The notes beneath the pieces are model-generated. The model did not search any database. It saw only the letters and a list, made by a program, of their open reading frames with translations, and had not been told where the DNA came from. Below, one piece after another: positions 33,475 to 46,346 of a DNA stretch of 64,000 bases (positions are counted from its first letter, which is position 1; each line of letters starts with the position of its first letter). The position numbers and the translations under genes are program-made. Source of the stretch: the human T2T-CHM13v2.0 reference genome, Homo sapiens; assembly GCF_009914755.1 (NCBI RefSeq), contig NC_060927.1; one strand, 5' to 3'.

Positions 33475-35595
33475 GTATGACTTCAAATTTTTTTAATTTA
33501 TTGAAACTTGCTTTATGGCCATGCATGTGGTCAGTCCTTGAATATGTCCTGTATGCAGATAAGAAGAATGTACACTCTGTGATTGATGAGTGGAGCAGTC
33601 TTTAGATGTCTAGTAGGTTCAATTGATTAAGTGTTAAATTTAAGTCCAAAATTTTTTGGTTCATTTTCTGCTTCAATTATCTAATACTGTCAGTGGGCTG
33701 TTGAAGTCCCCCTCAATTATTGTAAGGCTGTCTAAGTCTTATCATAGATCTAGAAGTACCTGTTTTCTGAATCTGTGTGCTCCAATGTTGGGTGCATATA
33801 TATTTAGGATAGTTACATCTTCTTGTTTAATTGACCCCTTTATTATTATGTGATGCCCTTCTTTGTCCTTTATGACTATTGTTTGTTTAAGTCTATTTTA
33901 TCTGATATAAGAACAGTAATCCTGCTCTTTTTTCTTTGTTTTGCATTTTCATGATAGATATTTCTCCACTCTTTTACTTTGAATCTATTAGTGTCATTAC
34001 ATATGAGACAGGTCTCTTAAAGTCAGTGGATTGATGAGCTTTTTTTTTTTTTTTTCAACTTGCCACTCTGTGCCTTTTAGGTGTGGCATTTACACCATTT
34101 ACCTTTTTACATTCAAGGTTAATATTGACAAGTGTGGTTTTGATCCTATTGTGGAGTTGTTAGCTGACTGCTTTGCAGTTTCTATTGTATAGTCGCTTTA
34201 TAAGGACTGTAGACTGTGCATTTAAGTATGTTTTTGTTGTAACAGGTAACTTTCTTTAGTTTTCATGTTTAGAACTTTCTTGAAGCCTCTTGTAAGGCTG
34301 GTCTAGTGGTAATACATTCCCTTAGCAATTATTTGTCTGGAAAATGTTTTATTTCTCCTTTCTTATGAAGCTAAGATTGGCAGAATATATAATTCCAGGT
34401 TGGAAATTCTTTTCCTTAAGAATGCTGAAAATAGTACCCTACCCTTTTCTGGCTTGCAAGGTTTCTACTGAGAAGTCTGCTGTTAGCCTGATGGGTTCCC
34501 TTTGTATGTGGTCTGACTTTTTTCTCTGTCTACTATTACGATTTTTTATTTAATGTTGACATTGCACAGTCTGGTGACTTCATGCCTTGGTGATTTTCAT
34601 TTTTTAAAAAATATCTCACAGGTACTCTCTGGATTTCTTGTACCTGGATATCTACCTCTCTAACAAGACCAGAAAAATTTTCTTATATTATTCTCTCAAA
34701 TATATTTTCCAGATTGTTTACTTTTTCTCCTCTCTCAGGAATGCAAATAATTTGTAGACTTGGTCTCTTTACATGTCCAATATTTCTAGAAGACCTTGTT
34801 AATTAAAAATAAAATTTTGTGTACATTATTATCTGGCTGGGTTAGTTCAAAAGACTTGTCTTCAAGCTTTGAAATTCTTTTGTCTGCTTTGTTTGTTCTA
34901 TTGTTAAGGCTTTCAGTTATATTTTGGAATTCCTTAAGTGAATTTTTTAATTTCAGAAGCTCTAACTGATTTATTTTTAAAATGTTTTTCTCCTCCTTCA
35001 TTTCCTAGATTGCCTTAGAAGTTTCTATGTGTTATTTTACACATTGTCCTGGATCCTATTGAGTTTCCTTGCAACCCATGCTTTGAAGAGCTAGTGTAAT
35101 CCTTTGGTGATTTCAAAACATTCAGATTTTTAATGATGTCAAAATTTTTGTGCTGGTTCTTTCTTATCTGGAGATGCTAAAACTTCTAATTTTTGTGATT
35201 ATTTTCATGCAGATAAAATTGTTTTCTTTTCTTTCCAAGTTTTAATATTATTATTTATTATATATTACTATTATCATTATTATTTTCTTCCCCTTCATCC
35301 CTGCGTATCCTATTAGAGAATGTCGGCTAGAGTATTTTGGTTTTGCTTCTACAGCTCTATTCATTTCTGTCAGCAGGCTTTTTATTGGCCTGCGCAGTTC
35401 AACCTACAGGCCAGTAGATGGCAATGATAGTTAAAGTCCAGCTGCTGCCAATGTGGATGGGTATATACTTCATCCTTGTTTACTGGGAGGTCTCTGTCAC
35501 CACACTCAATGGGCTGATCCAGTGCATTGCATAGTTTGAGCTCTCTTCTCAACCCTGAGTGGTGGGGGTGGCAGGGGGCAAGATGGGTGGGGCTG

Positions 35596-36604
35596 TATCA
35601 GGGGAACCTGCCACCAATATTTCAACATAGGTTCTTTCTATTTTCCATAAGTGTCAGCTGGCTGAGAAATAAAGAGAAAGAGTACAAAGAGAGGAATTTT
35701 GCAGCTGGGCCTCTGGGGATGACATCACGTATCAGTAGGACCATGACACCCACCTGAGCCTCAAACCAGCAGTTTTTTATTAAGGGTTTCAAAAGGGGAG
35801 GGGGTGTAAGAACAGGGAGTAGATCAGATACTTCAAAGGGCAAAAAGGAGAACTACTGCCAAGGGTCCAACAAAGATCACACGACAAAGGGCAAAAGCAG
35901 AACTACTGATAAGGGTCTACTTTCAGTGGTGCACTTATTGTCTTGATAAACATCTTAAACAACAGAAAACAGGGTTCAAGAGCAGAGAACTGGTCTTACC
36001 ACAAATTTACCAGGGCGGAGTTTTTCCCCACCCTAATAAGTCTGAGGGTACTTCAGGAGACCAGGCATATCTCAGTCCTTATCTCAACCACATAAGACAG
36101 ACATTCCCAGAGAGGCCGTTTATAGACCTCCCCCCGGGCATGCATTCTTTTCTCAGGGTATTAATATTAATATTCCTTGCTAGGAAAAGAATTTAGCGAT
36201 ATCTCACCTACTTGCACTTCCATTTATAGGCTCTCTGCAGAAAGAAAAATATAACTCTTTTTGCCCGACCCTGCAGGTAGTCGACCTTATGACTGTCTTC
36301 CCTTGTTCCCTAAAAATCGTTGTTATTCTGTTCTTTTTCAAGGTGCACTCATTTCATATTGTTCAAACACACATGTTTTACAAACAATTTGTAAGTCAAC
36401 AGAATTATCACAGTGGTCCTGAGGTGATGTACATCCTCAGCTTACAAAGATAACAGGATTAAAAGATTAAAGTAAGACAGGCATAAGAAATTATAAAAGT
36501 ATTATTTGGGAACTGATAAATGTCCATGAAATCTTCACAATTTATGTTCCTCTGCTGTGGCTCCAGCCGGTCCCTCCATTTGGGGTCCCTGACTTCCCAC
36601 AACA
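35596..36604 (-). mobile_element. MER11 solo LTR (HERV-K11/HML-8), second copy
   Basis: Reverse-complement homolog of 32421-33474 without the internal duplication; perfect 6-bp TSD GGGCTG at 35590-35595 and 36605-36610. Confidence 0.95.
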
Positions 36605-36789
36605 GGGCTGGACCAGATAATCCTGCCTACAAGTCACCCAACGGCAGTCACAAAAAACAGCACTGAAGGGTGTCTGGTAGGTGGCCACCAAGCCCCTAGC
36701 GATGTGCCTAGGCATGGATTTGGGGAACCTCCTCAGGCCCAAGTTCTCTGCATGGTGCAGGGAGGCCACTGAAACTCCTAATCCAAGAG

Positions 36790-37200
36790 AATAGGTGCTA
36801 CAAATCCCCGAGATCTGCCTGGGCATGAAGTTTAGGGGGCCCCAATCACCATAATCTGCACAAGAAGGGTGGGGCAGCTCAGGCTGCTGATTCAGGTTAG
36901 GAAGTGCTCCAACTGCCTGAGATCTGCCTGGTCATGGAGTGGAGAAGACTCCACTATACCATGATCTATGCACAGGAAAGGTAGGATGGCTCAGGCTACT
37001 GATCCAGGTAAGGATGTGCTCTGACTGCCTGAAGATCAGCCTGAGGGGAAGTGGAGAGGGTGCCTCTGCACCATGATCTATGCACAAGGAGGATAGAGTG
37101 ACTCAGGCTGCTAACTCATATGAGTGGGCACTCTGGATGCCTAAAGATCTACCTGGGAGTAGACTGGAGAAGGGAGGGTCCTGCTGTGCCAAGATCTCAG
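36790..37200. repeat. ~110 bp degenerate tandem repeat (about 4 units) in the old L1 5'UTR
   Basis: gagatctgcctgg...ctcaggctgctgat recurs at ~36810, ~36920, ~37033 and ~37145. Confidence 0.8.
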
Positions 37201-37989
37201 TGGAGCAGACTGGGATACCCAACAACGTCACACACAGACCAGTTCCAGGTCTCCAAGCTGCCTCTGGCTGCAAGTTTTATCACCCTGGAAAAACTATGGT
37301 TGCAGCAGCTCTCCTCCCACTCCAGACCTGCCACAGAGGAAAGTACAGTTCCAGTGTCACACTTGCCACTCAATTCTGACTGCAGAGGTCCCTACCTGAC
37401 TCCAGAGTGAGTACAGCAATCTCTGGACTACAATGCCTGCAGAGCCACACTGCCAGATCACCAAAGAATAACTGACTTTTCATGAACCTGGATTAAAAAT
37501 GGCAGCCTGATCTCCATCCGAAGTCGGGGAAAATGCCTGCAGTTTTTCCCAGTGTCATTCCCTCTTAGTGTCTCCAAGCCTCTTCCCAAGTTAGCTCTAA
37601 GGCTTGGGAGACACTAAGTGCTTTCCCTTGGTCTTGGTTGCATGAATCCCCACTGGAAATGTAAGTCACAGAGATAGACACTGCCCCTCTCTCATCTGGG
37701 AACTTCACTCACTTTTATAAGCAAAATGCCATCACTGGGGCTGGTTACCCACCTTTTCCTTCTTGGGATTTGGGGTTAAACATATTTTTAAAACATTGTT
37801 TTCTATAATGTGCATGGTTCCCACACCCTCTTACATTGCTCCACTTGGTCTTTGACAAGTTTATTTCCCACAGCATTAAATCTTTAGCTTTCTAAAAATT
37901 CAGTTTTGACTTCCACTATTTTCCACATAGTTTCGCTGACAATTCATTCATTTTTTAGTAGCCATATGGTGATTTTTTCAATACTTTTA

Positions 37990-38400
37990 TTTTAATTCCA
38001 GATTTTCTATGCTCATAATCCATGTGTAACTGCTGATTTTAAGAAGTCCATAGGATGACAGTAGTTCCCCTTCTGATGTTATCATTTTCCTCCAAATCTA
38101 AACCAAGTTCTGTACACTCAAATCTCAGTGAATGGTAAAATATTAATATAATTGTTGGTTCCTTTCTCAATGAGTACATATAATCTCCTACTAGGTACTG
38201 TTTATTCTATTTCTATATGTGTCTCTTATATGTCTACTTTCAGGCAATGTATTAGACCACCATTATATTTCTTCTGAATTAGAAAAGCTTCCAAAATTTC
38301 TTATTGTTTACATAAATACATTCACTATGTCATTGCCAGGATAATTATTCTGAAAGTAAAACATGCTTATTTGTCTCTCCTACTTAACAAGTCAGTAGAT
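37990..38400 (+). mobile_element. Possible L2 LINE 3' remnant
   Basis: atctcagtgaatgg and tgccaggataattattctgaaa...tctcctacttaa resemble the L2 3' region; highly diverged. Confidence 0.4.
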
Positions 38401-38404
38401 TTTC

Positions 38405-39252
38405 TTAATTTTTTTTTTATCTTTTAAGTTCAAGGCTACAAGTGCAGGTTTGTTACATAGGTGAACTTGTCTCATGGGGGTTTGTTGTACAGATTATTTT
38501 ATCACCCAGGTATTAAACTTAGCAACCATTAGTTATTTTTCCTTATCTTCTCCCTCCTTCCACCCTCCACCCTCTGATAGGCCCCAGTGTATGTTGTTCC
38601 TGTCTATGTTTCCATGTGTTTTTATTATTTAGCTCCTACTTATAAGTGAGGACATGTGGTATTTGGTTTTCTATTCCAGTGTTAGTTTGCTGAGGATAAT
38701 GGCCTCCAGTTCCATCCATGTCCCTGTAAAAGACATGTCCTTTTTATTGCTATGTAGTAATCCATGCTGTGTCTGTATCACATTCTCATTATCCAGTCTA
38801 TTATTGATAGACACTTAGGTTGATTCCATGTCTTGGCTATTGTGAATAGTGCTGCAATGAACATATGCGTGGATATAACTTTGTAATAGGATGATTTATA
38901 TAACTTTGAGTATATACCCAGTAATGTAATTGCTGGTTTGAATGATAATTCTGTCTTTAAGTCTTTGAGAAATGGCCACTCTGTCTTTCACAATGGTTGA
39001 ACTAATTTACAGTACCACCAATAGTGTATAGGTGTTTCTTTTTCTCCACAACCTTGCCAGCATCTGTTACTTTTTGACTTTTTAATAATAGGCATTCTGA
39101 CTGGTGTGAGATAGTATCTCATTGTGGTTTTGATTTGCATTTCTCTAAAGAACACTGATATTGAGCTTTGTTCCATATGATTGTTGGCCATAGATATGTC
39201 TTCTTTCAAAAAGTGTCTGTTCAAGTCCTTGGTCCACTTTTTAGTAAGATTG

Positions 39253-39300
<48 letters not shown>

Positions 39301-40630
39301 TTGTTTATATTCCTAATAGATGCTGGATATTAGGCCTTTCTTAGATGCATAGTTTTCAAATATATTATCCCATTCTGTAGGCTGTCTGTTTACTCTGTTG
39401 GTAGTTTATTTTGCTATGCATTCTTAAGTTTATTTGGATCCCTTTTGTACATTTTTGCTTTTGTTGCAATTGCTTTTGGCTTCTTCATTATGAAATCTTT
39501 GCCAGTGCCTTCATCCTGAATGGTATTGCATAAGTTCTCTTCCAAGGTTTTTATAGTTTTGAGTTTTACATTTAAGTATATAATTCATCCTGAGTTGATT
39601 TTTAATTATGGTATAAGGAAGGGGCCCAGTTTCAACCTTCAATACCCTTTATTGAATAGGGAATCCTTCCTCCATTGCTTGTTTTTGTCTGGTTTGTTGA
39701 AGATCAGATAGTTGCATGTGTGCAGTCTTATTTCTGGGCTCTGTGTTTTATTACATTGGTTTATGTATTTGTTTTTGTACCAGTACCATGCTGTTTCGGT
39801 TACTGCAGCCCTCTAGTATAGTTTGAAGTTGAGTAGCATAATGCCTTTAGCTTTGTTCTTTTTGCTTAGGGTTGCCTTGGCTATTGGAGCTCTTTTTTGT
39901 TTCCACAAAAATTTTAAATGGTTTTTTCTGGTTCTGGGAAGAGTGTCAATAATGGTTTAACAGGAATAGCATTGAATCAACAAATTCTTTGGGCAATATG
40001 GCCATTTTTATGATATTGATTCTTCCTATTCATGAGCATGGAAAGCTTTTCAATGTGTTTGTGTCATCTCTGATTTCTTTCAGCAGTGCTTTGTAGTTCC
40101 CCTTGTAGAGATTTTTCCCTTCTCTAGTTGGCTGTATTCTAGGTATTTTATTCTTTTTGTGGCAATTATGACTGGGAGTTCATTCCTGATTTGACTCTCA
40201 GCTTGATTGTTGTTGGTGTATAGGATGCTAGTGATTTTTACACATTGATTTTTGTATCCTGAGACTTTACTGAAGTTGTTTATCATTTTAATAATTTTTT
40301 GGGCTGGGACTATGGTGTTTTCTAGATATGGAATCATGTCATCTGCAAACAGGGATAGTTTAACTCTTTCTCTTCCTCTTTGGATGCTCTTTATTTATTT
40401 CTCTTGTCTGACTGCCCTGGCCAGGACTTCCAATAATATGTTGAATAGGAGTGGTGAAAGAGAGCATCCTTGTCTTATGCCAGTTTTCGAGGGGAGTGTT
40501 TCAGCTTTTTCCCATTCAATGTGATGTTGGCTGTGGGTTTGTCATATATGGCTCTTGTTATTTTGAGATTTTTCTTTCAATATCTAGTTTACTGAGAGTT
40601 TTTAACATGAATGTATGTTTAATAGGATTT
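38405..40630 (-). mobile_element. 5'-truncated LINE-1, L1PA13-like
   Basis: 3'UTR acaagtgcaggtttgttacataggt; reverse ORF2 pieces 38988..39224 and 40080..40337. Confidence 0.9.
39254..39297. repeat. (TG)n microsatellite
   Basis: About 22 perfect TG units; likely length-polymorphic. Confidence 0.97.
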
Positions 40631-43200
40631 TAAAGCCAATTGTGAGATGGCCCCTTTAGCAGCATCCTCTCTCAAAAACTGACTGACATTGTTTGTTTCT
40701 TCTAATCAACTTCTCTCTACAATCCAACCAATAACACTGTTGCTTTCATTGTTAATTTTTCTGTCCTATTCTCTTTGAATATGTTGTTATCCATGGAATG
40801 TCCCTAAATTCTTGGAACTCTGCCTATTCCAATTAGCCCACATAAATAAGTAGAAATTTTGGAGCATAATAGAAATTGACTAAATAATTAAATTGGGATT
40901 AAAAAATTTAATTTTTTAAAACATTTAATTTTTTAAAAATATATTTTATTATGCTTGTGAAATTTGAAAAAAGGGGTTATTAGTAACATAAAATTATCAA
41001 TAACATATCAAAAATTTTAAATCATATTCAAATACAATCTGATGTTCTTCATGAAAAGTTTCTCTGGGTCATATATGAGAATATGGTTGTCATAGTTGAA
41101 TAAGATATATAAAACTTTATAAAAATTATTGTTTACAAAATCTAAAAGTTTGTCTTCTATGGTCTTTTTTCCAAATATACTTCTTCCAAGTAGTTCATAA
41201 CTTGCTTACATAACAGAAGTAGCTTATCCATAATGTGTTCATATAATGCAAGTTTTCATGAATGATGATAGAGTCCTTGTGGACTATGTATATGTGTCAT
41301 TGAGGAGAAAAATGAATGATTCTTGTTTCCTGAGTAAATATGTAATATATGTTTAAAGTGAAATTAAAATAAACATTTTATAATAAAAATATATTAGATA
41401 ATATAATTTTTCTACACTAGTTTTAAAGAAAAAAGTATTTGGACTAAGCAAAACTATAAATATATAAAGTCACCCTTAAAATAATCAAAATGTGCTGGTT
41501 AGATGCCATTGCTTGTAACTCAAAGAAAAATGAATTTCAAAAAACTAGGGCAATAATTATACTTTTAACCTCTTTATCTTCAGCAGAAAAGAGTACTGCT
41601 TAACCAATTATAGGCCATTTAGAACTTGGGAAACTTTATAAAATTATATATGGAATAAAAGTGCTTTGAATATAAGTCCAAAAAGTATATTTAGAAAGTT
41701 AGTTTTCTTGTATCAAAGTAAGTGTTTGGAAAATATCAAATCCCAGATGAATAAAAATGTGGTATTGTGCAACTTTTGAATAAGCTGCCATTTAGTAACA
41801 ACGTGAAGTAAGCAGAAGTTTTTGGATAAGTATTCTCTTCCCTCACCAAACTTCTATTTTATTATTCAGAAACCAAGGTGATTTATAAAATCTTATTTGA
41901 ATTGCGTAATTGTTGAAAGCCTTTCATCTATTTTAGCTTTTCTATTGATTCCTATTAAGAAACTATTGCATGTAGTTTCCATTGATACAAAAAATGTGTG
42001 TAGACTGCCCTTCCCAAATTCTGTTGTTATTTGGAAAAATGTGTTTATCAGCAGGAAATCAATTCAGGCTGCATGAGTTACAAGCTAATGTTAATTGATC
42101 CTGCTTTTTGTTATCTAAACTGTGCAATTTTTTTTCCTATGCTGGAGAAATATATAAGAATACATCCAGAACACTCATTTTACAAATATACAAATATAAT
42201 CCCACAAATTATAATATAAACCAATTTCTTAACTTATCCAGTGAAAGCCTAGGCTTAAATGCCAAATAAACTTTTTATTGTTGTTGTTTATAGATGCCTT
42301 CATACTAAGTTGAATGAGATTCAGAAAGCCCATATGAAGATAATATAAACTTCTATATTATTCCTTTCTTATTAAAAAGCCCTCTAAAATAGATATATTA
42401 ACTCAAGCTTTATTGTAAATGACAAAAAATCTATAAAAACATTTCACTTCTGGTGAACTTTCTTTCCTATAATAAACCTATTTTGGTTTTTATTTTTCTA
42501 TAGTTTCGTGATAGCTCCATTATTGGTAGATCAAATGTTCATAGCACTTATATTACCTATAAATATATTATTTTGAGTACAAGTAAAATAAATTTTATGT
42601 AGTTAGTTGTTTGTTCACATTTCGTGACTTTGATTTCTCTTCAAAGAGACATAGAGCTGTTTTTGGAGCTAGTGGTTTTCAGAGCTGGAGCAAGTTAAAC
42701 TTCCAATGACCAGGAAGTTTATAGAACTCCTGTCTATTATGTTGACAGGTCTTCTCTAGCACGAATAGCATTTCTCTTTAGGGGAGTCTAAAATTTACAA
42801 TCCTGTTATGAGGTAGAATATGAAGGTGTTCCCATATGCCTTTTCTTTATATCTCAGTCATACATAACTTCATCATCATTTCTTTGCTGAGCCATACCAA
42901 ATATTGACAGCATTGGTAACACAAGAAAGGGTTTAGCAGTCAAAGTAGTTAAATGGCTCAAACATTTTAATTGATTAAAGTGAATTATTTTAAAAGAAAA
43001 TTTAAACCTTTTGCAAATAAGCTGCAATCAAGCTCTTCACTGTTGCTTATACATGTTAATTCAGGGAAACGAAACCCAAAACATATCTTCAACTATAAGA
43101 ACAATCTGGGCTGTATTAATTAGCTGGATGAATATGAACCTTCTCTTTTCAATCAAACATTCAATAGTAATTCCCCATCATATTATGGACATATAATAGT

Positions 43201-43529
43201 TTTTTTTTTTTTTGGTTTGTTTTTTGTTTTTGTTTTTGTTTTTGTTTGAGACGGAGTCTCGCTGTGTCGCCCAGGCTGGAGTGCAGTGGGGTGATCTTGT
43301 CTCACGGCAAGCTCTGCCATCTGGGTTCACGCCATTCTCCTGCCTCAGCCTCCGGAGTAGCTGGGACTACAGGCGCCCACCACCACACCCGGCTAATTTT
43401 TTTGTATTTTTAGTAGAGACGGGTTTTCACCGTGTTAGCCAGGATGGTCTTGATCTCCTGACCTCCTGATTTGCCCGCCTTGGCCTCCCAAAATGCTGGG
43501 ATTACAGACATGAGCCACCACGCCCAGCC
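43201..43529 (-). mobile_element. AluY SINE
   Basis: gcaagctc, tcacgccattctcc and cgtgttagccaggatgg diagnostics; (TTTTTG)n tail; TSD TATAATAGT at 43192-43200 and 43530-43538. Confidence 0.95.
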
Positions 43530-44189
43530 TATAATAGTATTTTTAAAGAACTTATTTTATCTCTTTTTTGAAAGATCTGTTTTATTTTATAGTGATCTTG
43601 AAAAGTCTAAGTAAAAAATACTAGCGTTTACAAAATAAGTAGTCAAATTAAGTTACTTTGTCTTTAAGTTTTCTGTTGCTATACCTCCTGGGCAAATGTT
43701 TAGTTTCTTATCATATATAAATATATATTATTTTCACCTATTGCTTATACACACAGCACACCCACACAATCACACACCGCATGTGACTCATTGAAGCAAT
43801 GAGCCATGCTGGGGAACACCTTATACTGAAATAGTAAAGTCATGGCATATAGTCCATCCTGTTACAAATGTGTAGCATAAATAAGTGGATTTACTTTTTT
43901 TTTACCCAAATCCTATAATCTATACATGAATAAGGTTAATGTTTTCTATCCTACTTAGCCCTTCTTAGCTATTATAAGGATATTAAACAGTGGTAAGAGA
44001 GTATACATACAGGGAAAGCAAATACATTAAAAGTACAAGATGTGGAACATGCAGCTAATATCATTTAAAAATAATTTTGGATGACTCAAATCAAATGCTA
44101 TTTTCAGATTAAAATAGCTATGTGTAGTAAGAATCTGACACTCTATCTTGATGTATTATGAAGTACTAATTTTTTCCCAAATCAATGCC

Positions 44190-44690
44190 ACCTGACCATG
44201 ATGTCCTTAACTTCCCTTCATCTTGACTAAATTTTAGGCAAGATTCTTCCCAACTCTAGGCCTCTGACCTCACCTTTTCTTAGAGCATTTACCTCAAAAA
44301 ACTTGTATTTATAAATTCTGTCTATGCCTCTTTGAAATAATAGATCTTTAAAAACCATTTCTGCCAGTCCTTACAACCCAGGAACATCTTTCTAAGAATT
44401 TGGAAGCCATGTCTTTGACATGTAATCATCATAGATGATAGGGCCCTATATCTCATTTTCTGTGGATCTCCAGGAGCCTAACTTTACTGGTGCCTTGCTA
44501 CCTATAACACTATCTGTTATCATGAAGATGAGAGAATCTTGAGTAAATTAGTGGACACAGATGGCCTATGATATTCTCATTCTAATTCCTAAAAACTCTC
44601 TAGCTCTTTGTTTCAGTAGAGTTGAGCGCAGACTTGAGATCTGACCTCTAGTTCCTCTTACAAAAGCCTTGAATAACTAAAATTCATATT
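44190..44690 (+). mobile_element. ERV1 solo LTR, MER67-like
   Basis: cttgactaaattttag, cttagagcatttac, acaacccaggaa and ggagcctaactt motifs; ends approximate. Confidence 0.7.
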
Positions 44691-45089
44691 CATTACCCAG
44701 TCTAATGAATGTACAAAACCATAGTAGTCATTTTAGTGCCTAGCAATTTTGAACTATAGTGAATATAGTGAATACATATTTATAACACTAGTTAGAAGTT
44801 TTGAGTTTTTTTCTCATTACATTGATATTAAATTTGTTATTTATACTATAAAATAATTTTTTTAAAAAAAGATTATGTCAATTTCTTTTGTTAGCCCTAT
44901 ATTTAAATGTACGTTTCTGGTTCACAGCAAGTATGAATTATAAATGAAGTCATTAATTAAGGTCTTTGTCATGTGTAATTTTTTGTAATCGCTATTGCCT
45001 TAGATTTTTTCTCAGCCTTTTATTAAATGTAATATGCTTACATTCTACTTTCATGTTAAATCTGAAAAGGTCATAATGATTATCCAATC

Positions 45090-45215
45090 ATGGCTCTTGT
45101 TTTACAGATGAAAAAAACTGAATCCTGTAAGAGTTAGAATACATATTCAGGGTTATATATAGTAACTCATATGCAGAGCTTGGCCTACAGCTATACTTTT
45201 TTCAATTCCTAGGCC
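45090..45215 (-). mobile_element. MIR fragment
   Basis: ttttacagatgaaaaaaactga MIR core. Confidence 0.5.
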
Positions 45216-46346
45216 AATAGAAATAATTTAGCAATATCAAATGTTCAGTGATTAATGAATTGATGTGGCTAGTACTTAGCACATAAAGTCACCAGGATAT
45301 TTGTTCAAAGACATCTGTATATTTAATTTACTCTCTTTAAATCTATATTGTTATACCTACTGCTATTGCTAAGAGGATTGATCATGTCAAAAAAAGTCCT
45401 TAACTCACTTGTAAAACTGTTGATTGATCGAACTAAATTTGCAGGCCACTTGCCATTTTTGTTTTAATGTCCAGGTCATGATGAAAATGTATGCCTTGTT
45501 TAAAGTCTTTTAAGGGGTCTTTAGCCCTATTCACTCAAGAATCTGCTATGTAATAACAGTCGATCTAAGAAGACAATTCACATTGCAGCCTTCAGTTATA
45601 TTGCCCAAAATAGAATACCAAGTGTCCCTTAGAATGTGCTTCTATGGGCCTTCAAATCTCACCCCATCCACTGCTATATACTTTAAGAAAGTGAAGAGTT
45701 AGTAGTGACTGAGACGTTCATCCCACTCTAAGACTGAGCAAGCATTAAGGATGAAAGGAAATGAGAGTTTGCTTTTAAATTAAACATAATCAATGACATG
45801 CCATTTAATTTTCTGGAACTGACTCATACTCATTCTGTAATGTCATACTACCAGAAAATGATCTATAATTTAAAATTATGAGTGTTGGATATTAAGAGTT
45901 ATTTATTATGTCTTTTATAAACGTTTTATCTGTTAAAGTTTATTATCCAAATGGCAGTGGTACTGAGTATTGGTTGGAGGAAAGAGGCAAATAAAAATAT
46001 TTTGAATTTTCATTTTTGTGAGAGGACATTGAGAGTAGTCATATGTAATATTTTAAAATACCCAGTATGCATAGAAATAGCAAAAACTAATTATTTTCAA
46101 TTTTAAAATATGTCATTAAATTCATAGTGTAGCATTAAGAATAAAGTATCTGTTTTATAATAAGGGCCATTTTAATAGAATCAAGCAACATTTACAATAA
46201 AACAATAGTTGAGACCATGCCTATGATTTTAGTATCACTAGCATTTCCTTTAATTTGTCCCACCATGTCTTTTTCACACCTAATATAATTTGTCTACTTC
46301 TCTAGTGACAAAACCAAGTGAAAGAACTAATACACAGATATATTTG

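Larger units (their letters stand above)
28241..37780 (-). mobile_element. Near full-length old LINE-1 (L1PA16/17, L1P4-like); 3'UTR missing, three nested insertions
   Basis: Reverse-strand ORF2 (28241-28770, 30035-32420, 33481-~34000), ORF1 (e.g. ORF 34786..35001) and a GC-richer 5'UTR with tandem units out to ~37780. Confidence 0.85.

Noticed and set aside
32421-36604. MER11 pair as the two LTRs of one provirus
   Set aside because: Opposite orientation, separate TSDs, and L1 sequence between them.
36790-37200. Regularly spaced repeats as a CRISPR-like array
   Set aside because: Whole units are homologous, there are no unique spacers or cas genes, and the context is a primate L1 5'UTR.
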